Assembly: GCF_902652985.1 (NCBI RefSeq) | Contig: NC_047021.1 | Coordinates: 41,416,001-41,480,000, forward strand | Reading direction: 5' to 3' | Source: Pecten maximus | Taxonomy: Eukaryota | Length of the DNA: 64,000 nucleotides | Shown here: positions 50,878 through 62,205 of the stretch, one piece after another | Layout of the letters: each line of letters begins with the position of its first letter | Position numbering within the stretch: the first letter of the stretch is position 1 | Position numbers and translations under genes: made by a program | Notes under the pieces: generated by a model | The model's input: only the letters and a program-made list of their open reading frames with translations | Told to the model about the DNA's origin: nothing | The model's database searches: none

Positions 50878-50992
50878 TCAATCCGCCAAAGCAAGATTTA
50901 TTAGATAAAATGTCGTTTTGTCGCGTTTTTTTTTACCGCGACAACACGCCAATATGACATTTCGAACACGCAAATCAACGTGCATGGAATGG
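50878..50992 (-). pseudogene. Possible rhodopsin-family GPCR TM1-TM2 fragment
   Basis: IPCTLICVF[frameshift]NVILACCRGKKKRDKTTFYLINLALAD* resembles the class A GNxxV..NLAxAD signature. Confidence 0.4.
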
Positions 50993-52430
50993 TGTGTGGG
51001 CGTGGTAAAATGGTGTGTTGGCGCGGTAAAATGGTGTGTTGGCGCGGTACAATGGTGTGTTTGCGTGGTAAAATGGTGTGTTGGCGCGGTAAAATGGTGT
51101 GTTGGCGTGGTAAAACGGTGTGTTAGCGTGGTAAAACGGTGTATTGGCGTGGTAAAATGGTGTGTTGGCGTGGTAAAATGGTGTGTTGGCATGGTAAAAC
51201 GGTGTGTTGGCGTAATAAAACGGTATGTTGGCGTGGTAAAACGGTGTGTTGGCGTGGTAAAACGGTGTGTTGGCGTAATAAAACGGTGTGTTGGCGTGGT
51301 AAAATGGTGTGTTGGCGTGGTAAAACGGTGTGTTGGCGTGGTAAAACGGTGTGTTGGCGTAGTAAAACGGTGTGTTGGCGTGTTAAAACGGTGTGTTGGC
51401 GTGGTAAAATGGTGTGTTGGCGTAGTAAAACGGTGTGTTGGCGTGGTAAAATGGTGTGTTGGCGTGGTAAAACGGTGTGTTGGCGTGGTAAAATGGTGTG
51501 TTGGCGTGGTAAAACGGTGTGTTGGCGTGGTAAAACGGTGTGTTGGCGTAGTAAAATGGTGTGTTGGCGTGGTAAAACGGTGTGTTGGCGTAATAAAACG
51601 GTGTGTTGGCGTGGTAAAATGGTGTGTTGGCGTGGTAAAACGGTGTGTTGGCGTGGTAAAACGGTGTGTTGGCGTAGTAAAACGGTGTGTTGGCGTGTTA
51701 AAACGGTGTGTTGGCGTGGAAAAATGGTGTGTTGGCGTGGTAAAACGGTGTGTTGGCGTGGTAAAATGGTGTGTTGGCGTGTTAAAACGGTGTGTTGGCG
51801 TGGAAAAATGGTGTGTTGGCGTGGAAAAATGGTGTGTTGGCGTGTTAAAACGGTGTGTTGGCGTGTTAAAACGGTGTGTTGGCGTGGAAAAATGGTGTGT
51901 TGGCGTGGTAAAACGGTGTGTTGGCGTGATAAAACGGTGTGTTGGCGTGGTAAAATGGTGTGTTGTCGTGGTAAAATGGTGTGTTGTGGTAAAATGGTGT
52001 GTTGGCGTGGTAAAACGGTGTGTTGGCGAGGTAAAATGGTGTGTTGGCGTGGTAAAATGGTGTGTTGGTGTAATAAAACGGTGTGTTGGTGTGGTAAAAT
52101 GATGTGTTGGCGTGGTAAAACGGTGTGTTGGCGTGGTAAAACGGTGTGTTGGCGTGGTAAAATGGTGTGTTGGCGTGGTAAAATGGTGTGTTGGCGTGGT
52201 AAAATGGTGTGTTGGCGTAATAAAACGGTGTGTTAGCGTGGTAAAACGGTGTGTTGGTGTAGTAAAACGGTGTGTTGGCGTAATAAAACGGTGTGTTGGT
52301 GTGGTAAAATGATGTGTTGGCGTGGTAAAACGGTGTGTTGGCGTGGTAAAACGGTGTGTTGGCGTGGTAAAATGGTGTGTTGGCGTGGTAAAATAGTGTG
52401 TTGGCGTGGTAAAATGGTGTGTTGGCGCAT
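50990..52430. repeat. 21-bp minisatellite (GGCGTGGTAAAA(C/T)GGTGTGTT), about 68 copies
   Basis: Direct periodicity; source of the 394-aa and 365-aa repetitive ORFs. Confidence 0.97.
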
Positions 52431-52597
52431 TGGTAGGTTGAAGGAGTGATAAAAAAAATACCCTGGCTCTCGACCTCTCTCTATATGAGCTGAAATCCTA
52501 ACACCAGGGTAAAGGGAAATTCCAGCCAGCCTGAGCCAGCACGATACCCTTTACTATTATACATAACTTATGTCTGTACATAACTAGTTTGAGGTTT

Positions 52598-52886
52598 GCT
52601 TTTCTGGTTTATCGCCCCGTGAACAGCCTAGATCATGTTGAGGCGGGGGTCCCTTTGTAGTAGTTAGTGGCTACCTCAATTAACACTATACGGAAGGCCC
52701 GTCACAAGCCACCCAGAGCAATTAGGGCAAAGTGTCTTGCTCAAGGATACAACCACGTTAGCTCTGACCGGTCCGGTTCTCAGATTCCCGAGAAACAAAA
52801 GCCGACAAGGGTAGGGAAGGTCGAACCACGCACCTCGGATCATCACCTGAGGTTACGTGGCCGGCGCTCTAACGCTATCGAGACCC
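52598..52886 (-). mobile_element. Near full-length CORE-type tRNA SINE
   Basis: Reverse strand: TAGCGTTAGAGCG (A-box-like), GGTTCGA (B box), CORE-like GTATCCTTGAGCAAGACACTTTGCCCTAATTGCTC, tail GGCTGTTCACGGGGCGATAAAC. Confidence 0.8.
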
Positions 52887-55259
52887 TTTACAATTTTGAG
52901 GGGACATCATATCTGCTTACAATATCAGTTCACAAGACAGATTTTTGCATCGCATGGCCTCAATCTGGTTTCAGTGATATTTAAATGAACTCATGCCCCC
53001 TGATGATTGCCCAGACGAAACCCAGTAGAAGCAATATGATATTGTTGAGTAAGCAAAAATCGGCGACCCCGTATTTTATTGATAAATTGTGCTTGGGGAC
53101 CAGGAATGTTGGTTGTTTTATCAACTCGACGATATTGTCACCAGACAGCGTCTATGTTGTGTCAACAATACAGCCCTTATCTACTAGACTGGATGGATAC
53201 GTCGTTTAAAAATTCCGTCCTCTTTCACACATCGAGGTCGGCAAGATCTAAATTTCCCACCGGTTGTTCAAATGATCAACAGTCTGCACTGCTCATTCAG
53301 AGTCGAAACAAATTCGAAAAGGGCAACATTGGCTCGCGACCAATATGGATTAAAGTTGACTGAATATGAAGATATTTGACACGTTCATACTTACGAAATA
53401 TCAACTTCAATTACACAAAATCAACTATTTCACAAATATATAAACACACAATAAAACTTTATGCTTGAAAAAAGCTTACAATACTAGCAGACACAATGGT
53501 AAAAATCTTCGTGAATACATCAGCCATTATTTGAAGGGGACTGGAATTATTCATTCTACTCTGCCATTACTCACGTGTACCTCACCTGACACACCCACAG
53601 ACGAAAAGATCCAAATACGAAAGCGAGGCTATTAATTATACATTTGTACGACAGATTCATCATAAATCACTCCTGGCAAATCCGGATTCTTAGTCCGCAT
53701 TCGGGTTATATATCACATGTCTCCGAAGAAAGTGACCTGCCTTTTCGCGACTAGTATATCTCGGGCACTTCCTACGATATATCACATTGATGTTACGTTG
53801 ACTCAAAGTTTTGTTAGCTTATCGCCCTAAAGCTCCAAATGAAAAATCATACAAAATAGGCGATAAGGGTAAATATATCAGACAAATTTCAATTTCGGTA
53901 AAATTATAATTGTGTTGTCTCTCGTTAAGTATGAATAAATGAAATATCTAAAGTCAGATTTGATGATTGAGTAGAAGATAAAACCCATTCATGCAACCGG
54001 AACCGGAAATACGACCAGAATCGGAACTTATTAGCATTACAACATAATGAGTCTTGTGTTTGGTAGACAAGATTGCGTTGAACTTCATGTGGAGTTTAAT
54101 TTTTCAATATAACACAAATATAACACAACTATTGTACAACATATGAATTGTCTGGTGAGAACATATCTACAGCCTTTTCAATTTTGAATTTGAATTTTGT
54201 TTAAGATAAAATGTAAAATATATCTTTCGTACATGTGATTGTAAAGAAAACTGGACTTTGAACAACATTAATTGGATCTTTAAAAGTAAAATAAATATCA
54301 CAGAGGGTTGAATCTCGATCGATAAACGACAGTCGGTCGTTTCCTTTAATTTTACGATTTCTCATTGAGTAGAATATTCTACAGATTCAATGAAATTTTA
54401 ATGACTCTGGTGAAATTGAAAGATTTATATGCATCCTGGCGGAAGTTTTGTTTTTTTAACCAATAAAACATTTAACTTTGAAACAGAATGTGTATAAATC
54501 ACACGACAGCTTGTTTCTATGTTTTATTTAAGAGCTTCGGTTTGTAACTGATTAATAAGATATGAAGCAGGCATATAAAACGGCCATTTTGCTGAATGTC
54601 GCTATAAAAACTGTTGGATATTTCATTTCGTTTTGTATGAAGTATTGTATCAGTATTCAAGTCAAAGATAACAAACATCACTGCAAAACAAATATCAACG
54701 AGCGTTTTAAAATTCATTCATAGAGAAACCAATGAAATCAAACATTTCCTGCATCATTTCGTAAATTGAAGGCTCATCTATCATACTTACAATCAGAATT
54801 ATGAAAATCCAAGTAAATGTTCATGCCGAACATTAAAGAAGAATATCTCATGATAAGATGGTATAGATGAATGCAAAATGTTCATGTTGTCTTCCTCAAG
54901 ATACATTTCTCGTTGTTACATGTTCATTAATATTCCTGGTGAGCTTCGTTTCCACTGCCCTGCTTTTTATTTTGAGGAACATGACATTTCCTTGAATGAA
55001 TTGATCTAGCTGTACATAGCTACTAATGTCGATGAAATATACTACCCTTACCCTTCCGGAACGTCTGACCCATTCTTCCGTATAAATGTATGTTTCATTG
55101 ATATGTTGCCCTCGTTATTGTAAGGATTCATGTATTCATGTTGGCATCCCACTGTTGTTGACGGCAATCTCTAAATAAAATCAACTTTTGTATAAAAGGC
55201 AAGAAAGACTTCTCAGAGATAGCAAGTCAACAAATAATAAAATGAAAAAAAAAATCCTT

Positions 55260-55796
55260 ACTAGTGCTGAACACCATAGTCCCGCCGGTGCATACAGGGC
55301 GTAAGAATTGTACCTGCTGACCTACCGCCCCATTGCCTGATCGTAAGAGGCGACTTAATTTTGGTTCTTATATTTTCAATACTTTCTAAACAACTTTCTT
55401 CCAACTATGTCTCCCTTGTCATTGCCTCACGTTTAGCCTATAGCTGAAGCATTCACCCCTGTGAGGAAAGCTTTGGGTTCTGACTGAGACCTACTTGAAG
55501 TCTATGAAAATAGTAATTGCCTCCCTTGTAAACGCTCAGCATTCTGGGAGTGGGCTGACTGGTACGCCAGTTGTCAGTATGGGATGTCCTGCTGGGTGTC
55601 TTCTGCAGTATGCTTCAGTGAAGTAGCACTGTAAAATCGGCATCAGTATCGAGCTATCACAAGGTGACAAGTACAACCAAACACCAGCCTCCTAAAACAC
55701 ACACATTCTCACTAACCACATACAAATATCTCGCTCACATGGGCGACTGTCCTTGAATGACCTTAGCTGTTGATAGGACGTTAAACAATACAAAAC
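55260..55796 (+). mobile_element. Meta-type SINE with a 5' extension; possible TSD AAATCCTT (55252-55259 / 55797-55804)
   Basis: AGCATTCACCCCTGTGAGGAA, CGCTCAGCATT, GTTGTCAGTAT shared with 39081-39547; tail GAATGACCTTAGCTGTTGATAGGACGTTAAAC. Confidence 0.7.
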
Positions 55797-56549
55797 AAAT
55801 CCTTCAAAGCCTGTTGAAACGAGGAGAAGCCGAACACAGTTTTTTTTTTTTTATTATTTTTTATTTTTTTTTAAACATAATGCTGAATTCAAATCTAATA
55901 CCAAGCAATTGCTGTTTAAGAATTGAACCAACCTGATACTTTTCGATTATCGACAGTGTGCAATCACAAGAGCAAATATTACTGCTACACAGAGATGGGA
56001 AGGTTTCAGAATATAGACATTGCGTTCAGTTTGTACTTGGTCAACGAAGGTCTCGTTCTAGAGTTGGGCGACGGATGTCCAGAAAACAATACTGTCTGTT
56101 ATTGTATATAACACCGTGTATGGAATCAATGGCCCCTGGAGCGGAACTCCGTTAAAGGGGCACTCCTTCGTTCTGACATCAGAAACATGCACAATTTCTA
56201 TTGATGAAATCTATGTCCGAACGATGATTATATGAGGGTTTGTGCCAACAAGTGATGAAATTAACGCCGAAATGTACAGGAAAAAGGCGTATCGTATACA
56301 AATACCGTATTTCTTTGCGGTAATTAGTGATATTCGGGTCGAAAGAATTTTCAGGACTTTTTAATTGGAAGAATCTTGGTTTATCTTGAGAGTAAAACTT
56401 TCCTATTAATGAAAAAAAAACTTATTATTTGGAAAAAATACATATTTTCCAGTAAGTTTAATTTAGACGACCTAAACTTATTCCAACCGAAGGAATGTCC
56501 CTATAAAACACTTTTTTAAATTATGATGTCATGTCATAGTGATGATATA

Positions 56550-56794
56550 TTTCGGTAGATCCGAAGTGTTTGGGTCAATTATAAGAGAAATTGGTCTGCG
56601 TTTAATCACTGGCCATCCTGTGCTGATGTGATGGTGCCCTTGTGAAAGACATTTATCCCCAATTGCCACTGGACAGCTGCAACGGAACATTTGTCTGCTG
56701 TTCTCTTAGGTAGCCACCATCTACTACATGAACGCATGCGTTAAAATATCACTGGTAGTTCAGGAGGCGATAAACGCATCAAACAAACAAACAA
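56550..56794 (+). mobile_element. Degenerate CORE-type SINE
   Basis: GTGCCCTTGTGAAAGACATTTATCCCCAATTGC core, AGGTAGCCAC..CTACTACA, GGCGATAAAC(CAAA)n tail. Confidence 0.65.
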
Positions 56795-57339
56795 GTAATC
56801 AATTTCAATTTGTCTTTGCTTCCAAGTATTTCTTCGATGAAGACGCAGTAGATATTTGAGGAAAAATTGCAAGCAAGTTAATCTAAAAAACGATGTTGCA
56901 TGCAACATGCAATTCTCTTGTAATGTCAAATCAAGAAAGGTCGATATTACGAGCAAATGTATATAGATCTTCGAGGTTTTTCTCGTCGTAGTAGCTATAA
57001 AGTATGAGTTTAAGTACACTTAAACAAAAATGATATTTATAATGCCCGCATAACACATATCAAGGGGTCAAAACCCAGTCCTGGGAAGACGGGAATACTG
57101 CGAGTTCACTTCGATTGTTTTTGCTGCAATCTCACAAGACACAAACTATTGAGACAAGTAAATAGCATGCGATGTAGGTTCATATAATCAGTCTTGTATG
57201 CGAGGGTTAGAGTTAAACCATCCCTTAACGAGAAGAGATATGTAAGTTGTTGGAGTTCAAAAAGGAGTTGCGTACTGAGAAATGAAAAAAGGCAAATAGA
57301 GAAATAAGAGTTGCGAGTCTTGAGAAATAAGATATACAA

Positions 57340-57765
57340 GTTGAGAACTGAAAGTTGTGAGTTGTGAATAGAGAGGTGTCAGTTGAGAACTGAGAAACGT
57401 GACTTTAATAATGAGAAATGTGAGTTTAAGAATGAGAGTTGCGAAATTAGGAATGAGAGTTACATGTACGAGTTTAGGAATGAAAGTTGCTTGATGAGGA
57501 ACGGGAGCTTCAAGTTTAGGAATGAGAGCTGCGAGTTTAGGAATGCCAGTTAAGAGTTTTGAAATGAGAGTCGCGAGTTTAGGAATTAGAGTTGTGAGCT
57601 TAGGAATGAGAGGTGCGAGTTTCGGAATTAGAGTTCAGGAATGAGAATTTAGGAAACAGTGTTGCGAGTTTAGGAATGAGAGATGCGATTTTAGGAATAA
57701 GAGTTGCGGATTCAGGAATGAGAGTCGCGATATTAGGATGAGAGCTATGAGTTTTGGAATGATTT
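57340..57765. repeat. Diverged 21-bp tandem repeat (GAGTTGCGAGTTTAGGAATGA)
   Basis: Direct periodicity. Confidence 0.85.
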
Positions 57766-59919
57766 TTGTGTTCTGCTCCATTTTAACTCATTAATTCTTT
57801 TATGTCTGTGTCATTGTCGCCCTGTTCTAACGCTTCACTAAGTACCTTATATATAACAAGTAGCAGCATTGTTCTAGTCTTCGAACAAGACAGGAAATAG
57901 AAAACCTAATACTGATCAATCTTCATTTCATACTTAAACAATTTGGTATTTCCAAATACCACTGCACGCTCATTCACGTCTGTGTGGTGTAATCAATCAG
58001 AGGAGTCTCGAATGACGCCAAATTGGCGAGACTTTTGGGAGACCTCTTAGTTTATTCATCTCGATCCATAATAATTACGAAAAGTTTGCTTTTTTAAGAT
58101 TCTTTTTGTAACTTGTCACTGATTCACTAGTTATCTTCAAAATTTCACTTACACCACGTATTAAATAATAGTATTCACTACACCACGAGTTAAACAACAG
58201 TATTTGAAATCTGCTAGCATCTTGGCCCGATGAAACCGCGAGGCTTGAATGTTCATTCAAAATGCGATTTATAAAAAAAAATCACATTATAATAGTAATG
58301 CTGTAGTTTAAACTGTCGAATACACCGGGAATGTTGAAAAACAAGCGCGAAATCAAAATATCTTTTTTTTTAGGTTTTTGATTAACAAAGATAAGGTTGA
58401 ATTTCCCTTTTGAATTGTTACAGCAGAGAAAAAAACCCGTTTATTTTTTTTCATGTTTAATATTTGCCTTGAGTTTAATCGCGCCTTCATTTTGTGCGTC
58501 GGAAATACAATATTATTCAGCTATAAATAACGTTGATGTTTTTGATATGAATATGTATTTCTGTTACAGTGCCGAAAACGATTACAGAAATTAATACATC
58601 CTTATTAAATTTTATTACACGATATTTACAGTATCGAGTGTTTCGTAGCCCTTTCTGTGCCCATTGTTATTTTAACAGACATTCATTTCCATAGTCAATT
58701 TTAAGTATACAGTTGTTATGCGATATCGAGCGCCCGTCTTCTGACACGAAATTAAAATTGACACTTTTCAATATTTGTATTTAGAATTATTCCTCCCACC
58801 ATGGTAAAAAAGTATGATTTACTGTGTAATTTGCCAATGACCTGAAATAATATCGCAGGCACCAGCATTGACTGAGTAGTTCCCGAGTTTCCTTGAATCA
58901 AATTACCAGTACAAGGCCAACGGAAGCTAAAATCTAGTTAGAAGCGAGCAGAATGTCTTCTTGTTACGCTGCGCTATACTGTTAAAAGTTCAATTTGTTA
59001 ACACATCGAATGATTGTAAAATCAGTAAAGGTCGAAGGAATATAAATGCACGTTTTCGTTTGATGCTTTTAGCTCTAAAAATGCGAATTTCACAAAAAAA
59101 AAAAAAAAAAAAGAGAGAGAGAGAGAGAAAAGAAACGTTATTTCGATTCTTTTCGGTTCGGGCATTTCCATGTACTGGTTTCGATAATTGATTTAAAACG
59201 AGAGACTTTAAATCTGAAAAAGGAGAAAATGAATGCGTAATCTGCGGAAATTGATCAGGATATAAAAAAAAAAAAAAAAAAAAAAAATGGTGCCGTCGAC
59301 AGAAACCTAATTTCCATTGCGTAGCGTATAATCTTAGTTGCGTGGTTGATGGGATATTTCTAAGCTTCACCGGAAGACAGAAAACGCCATTAACACCGTG
59401 TGCTTCCGGTATTTGAGTGATTTTGCCGAGGCTTCCTTTTATTTAAGTTTTTATTCTTCCCTTTTCAAACGTTATATTGAAACGTAATCCATGTCGCACA
59501 GAAGCTTCTCTTGCTTTGGCATTTGGATGATCCAATTAAGTGGAAAATACAAATCCGAAAGAGACCATATCGTATAGCAAGAGACCAAATCGTATATATA
59601 TATATACATATATGTCAATTAGTAATAACGACAGTACAGACAAGTAAATTGTAGAATTTTCGAGGCAATCTGCCCCTTTATCAAGACACAGGTAAATTAC
59701 ATACAATCACATATAGACATAGAACATGGAACAGTTACACAAATATAGTAGGTATAAACAACAATAATTTTTTTTATATCCGAGAAAATACATGATGCAA
59801 TTATTTAAGCCATAACATTAATGAACTGCCTTTTTATAAGGAGACGTTTTAATTTCTTATCGTCGATCAGTATTGATCACTCATTTGTTTTTTAATTAGT
59901 GATAGTACATATAAAATAG

Positions 59920-59966
59920 ACGACAACAACAAGAACAAGAACAAGAACAAAAACAACAACAACAAT

Positions 59967-60002
<36 letters not shown>

Positions 60003-60006
60003 AACA
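59920..60006. repeat. (AAC)n / (AAGAAC)n microsatellite
   Basis: Direct reading. Confidence 0.95.
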
Positions 60007-60103
60007 CATGACTGGTCTATAATGAAAAATACCATTGTCTAAAACGATAATTATGTCATAAATATTATGCACAAAGGTCTACAAGAAGTCACGACATACT
60101 TAC

Positions 60104-60236
60104 AATCATACGTTTTCCTCGCCGTCACCATGAGTCGTACAACGGAGGTGGAAGTACGAAAGTTGCTGAATGAGATGATGAAGTTCTCATTTTCCACAGC
60201 ACAATACTTTCCAGGCCCAAATCCGCATGAATAGCT
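60104..60236 (-). CDS. Gene B ectodomain exon SYSCGFGPGKYCAVENENFIISFSNFRTSTSVVRLMVTARKTYD (paralog of gene A exon 4)
   Basis: Acceptor tttgtag, donor GATT|gtaagt, phase 0 to 1 as in gene A exon 4; shared YxC..YC..F..VRLxV pattern; upstream exons not found in the window. Confidence 0.75.
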
Positions 60237-60272
60237 CTACAAATAAAATTATTCAACAGTTTTATAAGAAGT

Positions 60273-60428
60273 TAAGCATTGATGTCATTTTTTTTAGTTT
60301 CATCGGGGTATGAAACAAATTTTGTTTGCAAATTGTATGAATCCGCGTAGCGGATTCTTACAGAAGTTTGTAAAAAAAATTTGTTTCATACCCCGATGAA
60401 ACTAAAAAATAATTGACATCAACGCTTA
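60273..60428. mobile_element. Near-perfect ~155-bp palindrome, probably the core of a non-autonomous DNA element extending to ~60657
   Basis: Arms TTGATGTCA..TTTTTTAGTTTCATCGGGGTATGAAACAAATTTT and their reverse complement, centred on GAATCCGC-GTA-GCGGATTC. Confidence 0.8.
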
Positions 60429-60964
60429 TAATTAATTTTTGAAAATGATTTTCTAATTTAAAACATGTTTTATGTACAATTTTACTGGTTTTGAATGGGA
60501 TTCTTTTTCTCAAATCAATACGCAACGTCAATTGTCGTATTGTGACGTCACATTTTTCGCGCCATTCTCGGAATTTCTTTCATAGAAGAATGAAAAGAAT
60601 TTTTCGACCTATCACATTTGAGTATTTACCATGAAAACAAAGAAAAATTAATTATAAGATGATGTTATGTTATTTTCATAATTCTCATGCCCGTATAAGC
60701 ATTTGTGAATAGCACGCGTCATATTTAAAATGCACATTGTATGTTCGGCGCGACAGCTCTATTAAAAACCAACTCGCAGTTGTGTAAAACAGTGTGTATA
60801 TACGTATAGAAAGTAATAAGCTGCTTTCTTCGCTCACTTGCCCAAAAATACAGTTGACATTCATATTGCCTTTATATAATTGACAGCAATTCAGCACTTA
60901 AAAAATTGTTAAAATCACACATGGGGATATTTATTCAAGAATTTACACTTTTAACGACAGAGTT

Positions 60965-61045
60965 CTTCTAGGAAGCAGTGAGGGAAAATGTCACCACCTT
61001 GTCGAACACCTTTGAATATTTTGAATTCACCATTTGAATACCAAT
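60965..61045 (-). mobile_element. Tiny non-LTR RT remnant
   Basis: Reverse strand reads SNGEFKIFKGVRQGGDIFPHCF, containing the GVRQG motif of LINE RTs. Confidence 0.45.
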
Positions 61046-62029
61046 CAATAATCATTCACTGGGGTAAACACTGTACAGTTGATTAATTTTGCGATGCTAA
61101 TATTCCTGCATAACTGAACAAGTTCGCGTTAAACATGTACAGTACACAGGTATATTTGCGTCTACATTGATTTTCGTGGACGAAACATTTTAAGCACATA
61201 TTATAAGATCAAACTCCTTGATTTAAACAAAGAATATAATTTTGCAACGAGCATCTCGCTTTCCCGAGCTCTCAGCAGGAATTTTCCAGCTTGCATCTCG
61301 AACTTTCCAACTCGAAATTCTTCGACATTCGAAGAAAGGAAACTTTTTTTTTATTGATCGCATTCATTGAAATATAATCCTCTGTAAATGATATCGATTT
61401 GAGAAAGTAACCTTTTCGTACTCCGTTTTTCTTTTTAAAATTGCCGTATTTGCAATATCTCTTAATTTGTATTATAAATGCTAGATGTATTTATAGCGCC
61501 TTACGAGATTTTCCTGAAGCCGCGGACGTTCACACTTAGAATTTTCTCATTATCTATTTAATGACTTATCTTGACAAATAACCGTTAGGAAAACGATAAA
61601 ATATGGCGGAAAATTGAAGAGAAATTGTGAAAATGAACGCAACAATGGTTTCATGTCTGTTTGAAATTAACCTGGCATATTCACGTATGCGCGTGATCTG
61701 TCCCATACCTATCACATTATATGCTATTCTAGAAGACAAACTTAAACATTTCAAGCCAATCTCGTGCTCAATCGGGATTCATTTGTTGCTGGTACGCAAA
61801 GTCAGAAACAACGTTATCAGTAGTCTTGGGGGAAAATCACAAATTTTATGCAAAATTATAGACTTTTGATAAGGCGTATACAATAATGTACATGTTTTTG
61901 TTAACCCGAGAGAAATATTTTATTGTTGGCCCGGATGGAAGCTTGCGACAGGTTTTACTGTGGGAAAAAAAAACTATTACTCGTGTGAAAAACCCACGTC
62001 GTCGGGAAAACAAAGCTCTTAGGAGTTCA

Positions 62030-62205
62030 GAATGCCAAATTAAATAAAAACAAACGTGTTTGGGGTTCAGAATATCAAACAAAATGAAAACAAACATGTT
62101 TGGTTAAGAATATCAAACTTAATGAAAACAGAAATTGTCATGGGTTCAACATATTAAGCTTAATAAAAACCAACATGTTAAGGATTCAGATATCCAATTA
62201 AATGA
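62030..62205. repeat. Degenerate ~40-bp tandem repeat (GAATATCAAAC..AATGAAAACAAACATGTTTGG)
   Basis: Four to five diverged units. Confidence 0.65.

Noticed and set aside
50918-52449. 394-aa and 365-aa Cys/Val/Trp-rich ORFs
   Set aside because: They are translations of a 21-bp minisatellite open in several frames, with no splice or start context
53481-53528. - strand MADVFTKIFTIVSASI followed by gtaagc (possible first exon)
   Set aside because: No compatible downstream exon could be found
55052-55170. Apparent - strand exon with good splice sites
   Set aside because: The donor lies in a TTACCCTTCCGGA repeat motif of Penelope-like elements, and the phases do not fit gene B
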